From an uncultured Chthonomonadaceae bacterium (GTDB taxonomy: Bacteria; Armatimonadota; Chthonomonadetes; Chthonomonadales; Chthonomonadaceae), in NCBI GenBank assembly GCA_963835065.1, contig CAWIEK010000050.1, positions 160,001 to 224,000 of the forward strand: a stretch of 64,000 nucleotides of DNA. Direction: 5' to 3'. The notes beneath the pieces are model-generated. The model was given only the letters and a program-made list of their open reading frames with translations. It was not told where the DNA came from and did no database searches. Shown piece by piece: positions 40,484-49,258 of the stretch (the stretch's first letter is position 1; each line of letters opens with the position of its first letter). A program made the translations under genes and the position numbers.

Positions 40484-40963
40484 TTAAAGCCCTTTGACGG
40501 CTCCGCTCATCACGACAGTGCCATCCATAAGCCGAACGCTCATCGTGTTGAACCCTGCGGTGATGGATACCGGCGTCGGATTGCCAAGCGTGGAAAGCGT
40601 TCCCTTGCCCCCAACCACCGTAATCGTTCCGATAACGACGGACGGCAGATTCGCTGTTGAAACATATTCCAGCGTGACCTGAACCGAAGTTCCATCCGGC
40701 GCGTCAACGCCGCTGATGTTGGCGGTGCAGGCTACGGCAGGCGCCGTGTAGTATCCGCCAATGGGAATCACCTGGCCGTCTCCCTTGGAAGCGCTGCTGT
40801 GGCTGGAAACCGCCAGCCCTTTCAGCGCCACACTTCCCTTGAGCGGCCTGTTGCCGCCTGCGCCGCCCCCGCCCGTTCCCCCGCCCTGCGCCAGAAGGCC
40901 ACCGGGCGCAAGAAGCAATGCCAACCCACAAACCGCCGCCACAAATCCAAATGCTCGTTTCAT
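40484..40963 (-). CDS. Small secreted hypothetical protein
   Basis: MKR + hydrophobic signal peptide, Gly-rich linker, beta-rich domain; GGGAGAG RBS. Confidence 0.7.
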   Translation of the reverse strand: MKRAFGFVAAVCGLALLLAPGGLLAQGGGTGGGGAGGNRPLKGSVALKGLAVSSHSSASKGDGQVIPIGGYYTAPAVACTANISGVDAPDGTSVQVTLEYVSTANLPSVVIGTITVVGGKGTLSTLGNPTPVSITAGFNTMSVRLMDGTVVMSGAVKGL

Positions 40964-41239
40964 GATGTCTCTCCCGAATGATGCCGATGCCGATGGGGAG
41001 TACCCTATCAGCGCGAAAGTGATAAGTGCTGCTGTTGCTGCATGTTCACGTAAGAGAGGGAGACACTACGCGCCAAAATACATCGGCAACTGAAGTTTTT
41101 CAAATCCGCTGACCGATTGGTAGCATTGTTTTCGCGCTGCGAATGGCTGCAGCGGCGCAGAACCCATGAAATTTTTCTGTAAAGTGTCTGCGTTGTGGAA
41201 ACGCTTCGCAAACATTAACACTGATATACTGCTTTTGGC

Positions 41240-41392
41240 TGGTATACTAATTTTGGTTGGATCGGTTCGCGCAGACGCGAGCCTGGTTTCTTCTGTTCCT
41301 GCACCGATGCTCCCCACTGGCGACGCCGCCTTTTTGCTCTGACATTTCGGGCTTGCCCGTATGTTTCTTGCGCGAAAGGCGTCGCTATTTTT
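41240..41392 (+). promoter_or_regulatory. Extended -10 promoter and leader terminator (possible ANTAR-type attenuator) of the nitrate assimilation operon
   Basis: TGGTATACT (41240-41248); stem GCGACGCC (41320-41327)/GGCGTCGC (41378-41385) followed by TATTTTT; ACCGAT and ACTGGC (AxxG) hexamers just upstream or overlapping. Confidence 0.5.
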
Positions 41393-41555
41393 ATGCAGCA
41401 CAACCCCAATTCCGTCCTTGCGGAATACGTCCCGGCGTTTCTGTTTCTGACTGCCGCAACACCCCTGGAAACCCTGCCGCGCGCCCATCCGGCTGCGCCC
41501 CGCGTTTTGCAGGGCGCTTCCCCATGTCAACCTCTGGCTGATAAGGAGGCATGAC

Positions 41556-43649
41556 ATGGCGGCGACAGCGACCCACTGCCCGTATTGCGCCTTGCAATGC
41601 GGCATGCATCTCGTTTCCCATACCAATAGCCCTGCCAATACGCTCACCGTCGCGCCACGCAATGATTGGCCCACCAACAAGGGCGGATTGTGCCAGAAAG
41701 GGTGGACGGCTGCCGAATTGCTGTCCCATCCCGACCGCCTGACCACGCCCCTGATGCGCGACAACAAACATTCAACCCTGCGGTCCGTGTCCTGGGAAAT
41801 CGCGCTGGATCGAATCGCGCAGGAAATTACCGCCGTTCAGGAACGGTGGGGCAAAGATGCGGTGGGCGTATTCGGCGGGGGTGGCCTGACCAATGAAAAG
41901 GCGTACCTCCTGGGCAAATTTGCCCGCGTCGCTTTGGGAACCCCCCACATAGATTACAATGGCCGCTTCTGCATGTCCTCAGCGGCGGCGGCGAGCATCA
42001 AAGCGTTCGGCATAGATCGGGGCCTGCCGTTTCCTCTTGAAGACATTGCCACTGCGGACGCCATTTTACTGGTCGGCGGTAATCCCGCTGAGGCCATGCC
42101 GCCCCTGATGCAGTATTTCGACGCGCAGCGCAAAAACGGCGGCAAGCTGATTGTCGTAGACCCGCGCCGCACTCCCACAGCCCAAAACGCCAGCCTGCAC
42201 CTTCAGCCGACGCCGGGAACCGACATTGCGCTTGCCAATGGCCTGCTGCACATTGCCGCGAGTGAAGGTTATCTTGACGAGAATTTTATCGCCGCGCGGA
42301 CAAACGGCTATGAGCGCGTCCGGCGCGTCCTCGCTTCCTCCTGGCCGGATCGCATCGAGCGCATCACGGGCGTTGCGGTGGCGCAGATGCGGCAGGCCGC
42401 CCAAATGCTGGGACAGGCCGGGCGCGTTCTGATTTTGACGGCGCGGGGCGCGGAGCAGCACAGCAAGGGCGTGGATACCGTTCTGGCCTTTATCAATCTT
42501 GCGCTGGCATTGGGCAAGGCGGGCAGGGAAGGCAGCGGGTACGGCTGCCTGACGGGGCAGGGAAACGGACAGGGCGGGCGCGAACACGGCCAAAAAGCCG
42601 ACCAACTGCCAGGCTACCGTAAAATAGACAATCCGGTTCATCGCGCCCATATTGCTCGCGTGTGGGGCATTGATCCCGATGAACTGCCGGGTCCGGGACG
42701 CTCGGCGTATGAATTGCTCGATACGATGGGAACGGAAGGCGGCGTCCGCGCCCTGCTCGTAATGGCGTCCAACATCGTTGTTTCCGCGCCCCGCGCCGGC
42801 CATGTGCAGGAACGGCTGGACGCGCTGGATTTTCTCGTTGTGGGCGACATCTTCCTGTCCGAAACCGCCGAACGCGCCGATGTGGTTCTGCCCGTCACGC
42901 AGTGGGCCGAAGAGACCGGCACGATGACCACGCTGGAAGGCCGGGTGCAGCTGCGGCAGCAGGCTATCGCGCCTCCTCCGGGCGTGTGGAGCGACGCGCA
43001 GATACTGGCCGCGCTTGCGCAGAAGTTGGGCAAGGGCTGTCATTTTACCGGCGATACCCGCGCCATTTTCGAGGAACTGCGCCGGGCAAGCGCGGGCGGT
43101 CCGGCGGATTACGCGGGCATTACCTATGAGCGGATACAAAAAGAAAACGGCGTCTTCTGGCCCTGTCCCGATGAAGCGCATCCGGGCACGCCGCGCCTGT
43201 TCCTGGACCGCTTCGCCACCCCGGACGGCAGAGCCAATTTCCATGCCGTGATGTACCGGGCGGCCGCCGAAGAACCGGACGACGAGTATCCCCTCTATCT
43301 GACGACCGGGCGCGTTATGGCGCAGTACCAGAGCGGAACGCAGACGCGGCGCGTGGGCGCTTTGCGCGACCTGGCTCCCGATTGCTTTGTCGAAATACAT
43401 CCCCTGCTGGCGCGGCGCTTTGACATTGCGGATAGCGAAATGGTTCACGTTGCTACGCGGCGGGGCGTGTGCGAGGCCCGCGCCCGCCTGACCGCTTCCA
43501 TTCGGCAGGACACGCTGTTTTTGCCCTTTCACTATGGGGGCGCGGGACGCGCCAATCTGCTGACCAATCCGGCCCTCGATCCCGTTTCCAAAATGCCGGA
43601 ATTCAAAGTATGCGCCGCGCGCATCCAAAAACGGAACGCCGAGGATTAG
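41556..43649 (+). CDS. Assimilatory nitrate reductase catalytic subunit (molybdopterin oxidoreductase, NasA/NasC/NarB type)
   Basis: THCPYCALQCGM..LCQKG [4Fe-4S] motif, LTNEKAYLLGKFAR, DYNGRFCMSSA, TGQGNGQGGRE, LTTGR, DPVSKMPEFK; clustered with NarK and nirBD. Confidence 0.92.
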   Translation: MAATATHCPYCALQCGMHLVSHTNSPANTLTVAPRNDWPTNKGGLCQKGWTAAELLSHPDRLTTPLMRDNKHSTLRSVSWEIALDRIAQEITAVQERWGKDAVGVFGGGGLTNEKAYLLGKFARVALGTPHIDYNGRFCMSSAAAASIKAFGIDRGLPFPLEDIATADAILLVGGNPAEAMPPLMQYFDAQRKNGGKLIVVDPRRTPTAQNASLHLQPTPGTDIALANGLLHIAASEGYLDENFIAARTNGYERVRRVLASSWPDRIERITGVAVAQMRQAAQMLGQAGRVLILTARGAEQHSKGVDTVLAFINLALALGKAGREGSGYGCLTGQGNGQGGREHGQKADQLPGYRKIDNPVHRAHIARVWGIDPDELPGPGRSAYELLDTMGTEGGVRALLVMASNIVVSAPRAGHVQERLDALDFLVVGDIFLSETAERADVVLPVTQWAEETGTMTTLEGRVQLRQQAIAPPPGVWSDAQILAALAQKLGKGCHFTGDTRAIFEELRRASAGGPADYAGITYERIQKENGVFWPCPDEAHPGTPRLFLDRFATPDGRANFHAVMYRAAAEEPDDEYPLYLTTGRVMAQYQSGTQTRRVGALRDLAPDCFVEIHPLLARRFDIADSEMVHVATRRGVCEARARLTASIRQDTLFLPFHYGGAGRANLLTNPALDPVSKMPEFKVCAARIQKRNAED

Positions 43650-43720
43650 GCGTTGACAAGACCGCAGCACAGGCGAATTTGGTATGCCGTTCCATTATTG
43701 TTCCATTCAGGAGGGAACTT

Positions 43721-45379
43721 GTGAAGATTAGTGAACTGAAAACCAGCGGACATGCGCCCTCGCTCCTCAGCGCGTTTTTGCACTTCGATATTTCGTTTAT
43801 GGTGTGGGTGATCCTGGGCGCGCTGATGCCCTACATCGCCAACGACGCCGCGCTGACGGGCGCAAACCTCAAAATCATGCCCACCGCGCAGGTTCAGGCG
43901 GCAGGGCAGTACACCGTTTTGATCAAAGGGCCGCAGACCGTCAAGGACAACCCGAAACTGAAAGCGGACCAGCCCAAAAACGTGTACAACCTCCTCATCA
44001 AGCCGGGAGATGTGGCGCAGGCCACGCGGGCAAGCGTCGCGCCCGTTGAAAAGTACGTGCTGGACAACGCGAACCCGGCCACGCTTGCCGCGCTGAACGC
44101 CAAATCGGGCTTAATCCGCGTTGCCCTGGCGCCCGAAGCGCAGGGCAACCCGAACGAGAACGTGGTCGCGCTCAAGCCTGCGAGTGCGCTGCAAAGCGAG
44201 GGCAAGGCCGCGCAGACCATTGCCAACGGCTACTCCGCGTCGGTGAAACTGTCCCTTGTCGGGCTGCCGCTTCTGGCGGCGGGGTTCTGGCGTATTCTGC
44301 TGGGCATGCTGGTGGATCGGTTCAATTCGCGGCGCGTCGGCATCGTGTCCCTGACCGTGACGCTGCTCCCGCTGCTTGTCGGCTGGAAGTTCGGCACGAC
44401 GTACAGTTCCCTGCTGTTCATCGGCTTCTTTTTGGGTCTGGCGGGCGCGTCCTTTGCCGTGTCCCTGCCACTTGCAAGCCGCTGGTATCCGCCGCATTTG
44501 CAGGGATTGGCGATGGGACTGGCGGGCATGGGCAATTCCGGCACGGTGATGGCGACTATTTTCGCGCCGATGCTGGCCCGCGCGTATGGCTGGCATATGG
44601 TGATGGCATTGCTCATGGTTCCCGTTGTGCTGACGCTGATCGTCTTCACGCTGCTTGCCAAAGACCCGCCGGTTGGCGCGGCGCGGCGTTCCGGGCTTGG
44701 CGATTACATCGGCGTCTTAATGACCCCGGATGCGTGGTGGTTCTGCGTCCTGTATTTCGTCACGTTCGGCGGGTTTGTCGGCCTGTCCAGTTTCTTCAAC
44801 ACGTTTTTCGTGGATCAGTACGACGCGCCCAAAGCGGCTGTGGGGCTTTGGACATGGCCGTTTATCCTGGCGGGGTCGCTGATACGGCCGGTGGGCGGCG
44901 CGCTGGCGGACCGGCTTGGCGGCATACGCATGCTCAATCTGCTGTACGGCACGGTGATTGTCATGGCGCTCGGCGTGGGCGCGTTTATTCACAGTTTTCC
45001 CGTGACCTGCGCCCTCCTGTTCGTGCTGATGGCGTGTCTGGGCATGGGCAACGGGTCGGTCTTTCAGCTGGTTCCGCAGCGCTTCAAAAAAGAGATCGGC
45101 GTCATGACCGGGCTGGTGGGCGCGGCGGGCGGCGTGGGCGGGTATTACCTGAACTTCGCGCTCGGCCATCTGCACGATTCGACCGGGACGTATGCCAGCG
45201 GGTTTTATGCGTTTGCCGCGATTGCGCTGGTCGCGTTCGTGATCCTGCGGGTCGTATCGCCCGTCTGGATGCGCTCGTGGCTCGGAGCGGGCGGCGTGGC
45301 CGTTCCCGCGCCCGCCTTGCCCGAACAAGCCGTTGTCGCGGGCCGAACCTCGCCCACTCTGGAACCGGCGAACTCCTGA
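43721..45379 (+). CDS. narK: NarK/NasA family nitrate/nitrite MFS transporter with a large loop insertion
   Basis: GGAGG RBS + GTG 43721; GHAPSLLSAFLHFDISFMVW, GLAGASFAVSLPLASRWYPP, FVTFGGFVG, GMGNGSVFQLVPQRF nitrate signatures. Confidence 0.9.
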   Translation: MKISELKTSGHAPSLLSAFLHFDISFMVWVILGALMPYIANDAALTGANLKIMPTAQVQAAGQYTVLIKGPQTVKDNPKLKADQPKNVYNLLIKPGDVAQATRASVAPVEKYVLDNANPATLAALNAKSGLIRVALAPEAQGNPNENVVALKPASALQSEGKAAQTIANGYSASVKLSLVGLPLLAAGFWRILLGMLVDRFNSRRVGIVSLTVTLLPLLVGWKFGTTYSSLLFIGFFLGLAGASFAVSLPLASRWYPPHLQGLAMGLAGMGNSGTVMATIFAPMLARAYGWHMVMALLMVPVVLTLIVFTLLAKDPPVGAARRSGLGDYIGVLMTPDAWWFCVLYFVTFGGFVGLSSFFNTFFVDQYDAPKAAVGLWTWPFILAGSLIRPVGGALADRLGGIRMLNLLYGTVIVMALGVGAFIHSFPVTCALLFVLMACLGMGNGSVFQLVPQRFKKEIGVMTGLVGAAGGVGGYYLNFALGHLHDSTGTYASGFYAFAAIALVAFVILRVVSPVWMRSWLGAGGVAVPAPALPEQAVVAGRTSPTLEPANS

Positions 45380-45434
45380 ACCGCATCCATAAGCAACACT
45401 TAAATAACAATACTTAAACAAAGAAGGAACTTTT

Positions 45435-45782
45435 ATGTACTCGAAACCCCGTTTGCTGCAAGGCGTGTTCGATTTTCAAGGCAAAGGCTACGATCAGCCC
45501 ATGCTCCTCTCGGAAAGCCTCTCGTACATCGTGCCGGTCGGAAAGCGCGCGCAGTTCATCTATTTCCGGGGCGGCAATTCAACCGACCAGATGATCTACG
45601 TCGTCCTGCATCGGGATGGGAAACCCATGCGTTATTTCCCCATCGGAGCCAGAGCGGATACCCATGTCGCGCTCGCCGTCGTCGAGGATTTGATGTCCGA
45701 GACGCGCGTGGAAGCCTTTATCGCCGCGCCCGAAGGCGTGACGGGTACGCTTGTCGTAGACATCGGACTCGTGGAAATCTAG
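45435..45782 (+). CDS. Small conserved hypothetical protein of nitrate assimilation clusters
   Basis: 115 aa, AAGGA RBS; PRLLQGVFDFQGKG, YFRGGNS, MRYFPIGA, VDIGLVEI; located between narK and nirB. Confidence 0.75.
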   Translation: MYSKPRLLQGVFDFQGKGYDQPMLLSESLSYIVPVGKRAQFIYFRGGNSTDQMIYVVLHRDGKPMRYFPIGARADTHVALAVVEDLMSETRVEAFIAAPEGVTGTLVVDIGLVEI

Positions 45783-45890
45783 TTTCCATTTTTTACATCG
45801 CGTGTTCTCAGGAATCAGCGCGCCCGAAACTTGCCACACCATTTTTCATTATTTAAGGCCGGGCCGGGCGCGCGAAAGGCAGTCGTTTAT

Positions 45891-48516
45891 ATGACAACCC
45901 TTGAAATAATACCCCTTCAGCACAACGCTATCGCCTATCACACAGACAACAATAGCCCGCAAATGACAGGCGGCAGACAGCGCCTTGTCGTGGTTGGCAA
46001 CGGCATGGCCGGGGCGCGGGCGGTGGAAGAAATTTTGCTGCGCGGCGGAGATGCCCAATTCGACATCACCATGTTCGGGGATGAGCCGTATGGCAACTAC
46101 AACCGAATCCTGCTGTCCAATGTCCTCAACGGCTCGCAGGACGCCCGCGACATTTTTATGAACCCCCTGGACTGGTACAAAGAAAACAACATCACGCTCC
46201 ATGCGGGCGTTCGCGTCGCGCATATTGACCGGCAGGCGAAGCAGGTCATTGGGGCGGACGGAACCACAGTGGGCTACGACAAACTGCTGATCGCCACCGG
46301 CAGCCGCCCCTTTGTGCCGCCCATTGCCGGACTGGAACGCGGTGACGAGGAAGGCGGCGGGCATAAGCCGGGCGTGTTCGTGTTTCGCACCCTGGACGAC
46401 TGCACGAAAATCGCGGGCTACGCCACCAAGTGCCGCAAAGCGGCTGTTATCGGCGGCGGCCTGCTCGGACTGGAAGCGGCGCGGGGACTGCTCAATTACG
46501 GCGTGGAAGTGCATGTGATCCATCTGAGCGGCTGGCTGATGAATCAGCAGTTGGACGCGCAGGCGGGAGCCATTCTCAAATCCACGATGGAAAAAATGGG
46601 CGTGAAGGTGCATCTGGAAAAGAACACGCGGGAAGTGATCGGGCAGGAGCGCGTGGAGGGAATTACGTTCAAAGACGGCAGTACGCTCGATTGCGACATG
46701 GTGATTATTTCGACCGGCATCACGCCCAACGCCGAAATCGGGCAGGCTTGCGGCCTGACGGTAGAACGCGCCATTGTCACCGACAACCAGATGCGCAGCG
46801 TGGACGACCCGGACGTATACGTGGTGGGCGAGTGCGCGCAGCATCGGGGGCGGGTGTACGGCCTTGTCGCGCCCCTGTGGGAACAGGCGCAGACCTTTGC
46901 CGACCACATCACGGGCAAAAACCCGGACGCGGCCTATCACGGCAGCAAAATCGCCACCAAACTCAAAGTGATGGGCGTGGAATTGGCCTCGATGGGCGTC
47001 ACGGAGGCTACGGATGAGCGCGACGAAGTGGTGCAGTTTTCGGAACCCAAGCGCGGCACGTACAAAAAACTGATTATCCGCGACGGCATGTTGATTGGGG
47101 CGATGCTGTTGGGCGACATCAGCAAAGCCGCCTATCTGATGCAGGCGTTTGACCGGGGAACGCCCCTGCCGGAAGAGCGATTAAACCTTCTTTTCGACAT
47201 CGGCGCTCCGTCCAAAGAAATAACGATGCTGGAAATGCCCGATGACGCGCAGGTGTGTAACTGCAACGGCGTCAGCAAGGGCGCGATCCGCAAATGCGTT
47301 CTGGCGGGAAAGCGCAGCGCGAAATCGGTCATGGAAGTGACGCGAGCGGGCATGGGCTGCGGCTCGTGCAAGGCGCTGATAAACGAGATTGTGGAGTGGG
47401 CCTGCGAGGGGCAGATCGAGGAAGACCCGTCCATTCACTATTATGTGCCGGGCGTGCCGCTTGCCAAGCCGGAACTCGTCCGCGCCATCCGGGAGCAGGA
47501 ACTGAAATCGGTTTCCGCCGTGTTTCGCGCCCTTGCGGACGGCATGGAAGACCCGGCGAGTAAGCCCGGACTGGCTTCGCTGCTCGCGCAGATGTGGGGC
47601 GCGGAGTATGATGATGAGCGCGACGCCCGCTTCATCAACGACCGCGTTCACGCCAACATTCAAAAAGACGGCACGTTCAGCGTGATACCGCAGATCGCGG
47701 GCGGCATCACCAACCCCGACCAATTGCGCCGCATTGCGGATGTGGCGGATAAATATCAGGTTCCTCTCGTGAAGCTGACGGGCGGGCAGCGCATTGACCT
47801 GCTGGGCATCAAAAAGGACGACCTGCCCCGCGTGTGGAAAGACCTGGGTATGCCGTCAGGACATGCGTACGGCAAGCAGTACCGGACGTGTAAAAGCTGC
47901 GTAGGCACGGATTTCTGCCGCTTCGGGCTGGGCGACAGCACCAAACTGGCGCAGGAAGTCGAGGCGCGTTTTCAGGGATTGGAATCACCCGGCAAGCTGA
48001 AACTGGCGACGGCGGGCTGCCCGCGCAACTGCTCGGAAGCGTATATCAAAGATGTGGGTATTGTGGCCGTCGAGGGCGGGCGATGGGAAATCTATGTGGG
48101 CGGCGCGGGCGGGCGCGCATGTCCGCAAGGGCGATCTGCTCTGTACGGTGGAAACGCACGAGGACGTTCTGCTGCTGGCGGGCCGCTTTATGCAATACTA
48201 CCGCGAAAACGCCAAGTATCTGGAGCGCACGTATGCGTTCGTGCCCCGCATCGGCATAGATAAAATCCGCGCCATTGTGGTGGACGACAGCGAAGGCATC
48301 GCGGCCCGCCTGGACGCGGTAATTCAGGACCATGCCGACCACTACGTTGATCCGTGGAAGGAAGCCGTGGAACCTAAAACGGCCAATCAGTTTACGTCCA
48401 CGCTTGCCATTGGAGGGGAGGCCGTTGTAAATGATATGGCTGTAAGGGAGACAATCGGGAAGGGCGCAAATTTGCCTGTCCGGGCAAATCAAAACGCGGC
48501 GGAGGTGACGGCATGA
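45891..48516 (+). CDS. nirB: NAD(P)H-dependent nitrite reductase large subunit; frameshift near 48115
   Basis: VVVGNGMAG, NYNRILLS, IGGGLLGLEAA, VCNCNGV..GCGSC, ANIQKDGTFSV, RTCKSCVGTDFCRFG, GCPRNC siroheme motifs; C-terminus (FMQYYRENAKYLERT) in the next frame; start could be 45963. Confidence 0.93.
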
Positions 48517-48857
48517 CGGCGACGGAAACGCGGGAGCAGGTAAAATCTGCGGAATACAACATCGGTTCTGTTGCGCAAATCCCTTTGGGCGAGGGGCGGC
48601 AATTTCGCATCGGTGGATATGAAATCGCCGTGTTCCGGGCGCGTAATGGCGGCGTTTATGCCACGCAGGCGGCCTGCCCGCACCGCGATGGCCCGCTGAT
48701 AGACGGGCTGCTGGGCGGCAGCGTTCTTGTCTGCCCGCTGCATGCCTGGAAATGGGAATTGACGACAGGCCAGCCGCTCATGGGCGAGTGCGCCCTGACG
48801 ACCTACCCGGCGCGGCTGACGGAAGCCGGGGAGATCATTGTAAGCCTACAGCCTTGA
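48513..48857 (+). CDS. nirD: Nitrite reductase small subunit (Rieske domain)
   Basis: CPHRDGPL and VCPLHAW Rieske motifs; ATGA overlap with the nirB stop. Confidence 0.88.
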   Translation: MTATETREQVKSAEYNIGSVAQIPLGEGRQFRIGGYEIAVFRARNGGVYATQAACPHRDGPLIDGLLGGSVLVCPLHAWKWELTTGQPLMGECALTTYPARLTEAGEIIVSLQP

Positions 48858-48915
48858 CGTTACTCAGCGTCCGTAAATCTATAACTTCCCGTCACGCGGG
48901 CGTGATAATCACGAG

Positions 48916-48941
48916 GCGGGCGTGATAAATCACGCCCCTAC
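48916..48941 (-). repeat. GTAG-type REP palindrome (with partial copy at 48896-48913)
   Basis: GCGGGCGTGATAAATCACGCCCCTAC, matching 23257-23282. Confidence 0.7.
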
Positions 48942-49000
48942 AAATGTGTTGGGAACTTGTTCTTTTACAGACCCTTGGAACCAATTCCAATGGCCCTCAG

Positions 49001-49041
49001 CCCGAACCCCTTCTCTTAATTTTGGAAAAGGGGTTCGGGTT
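49001..49041. terminator. Hairpin downstream of the nitrate operon
   Basis: CCCGAACCCCTT...AAGGGGTTCGGG inverted repeat. Confidence 0.5.
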
Positions 49042-49258
49042 CCGATACGTCTTTAATGAAGCGAGGAGTTAAACGCATCATTTGTCTACTTGTTTTTAGC
49101 CCAAAAAAACGCTAGGATAATCCTATACATCAATGTCGGGCCAGACTGCTAAACCTCCCCTTCTTCTGCCGCCCCACTATCGTCGTTTTCTTTCGCGTCA
49201 AGCGGAAATTCAATACAAACTGTCGAGTCTCTCACGTCTCCACAAAGGAGAGAGGATA

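Noticed and set aside
48100..48130. Programmed ribosomal frameshift in nirB (and other split genes)
   Set aside because: No slippery heptamer or precedent; many similar breaks across unrelated genes point to sequencing error.
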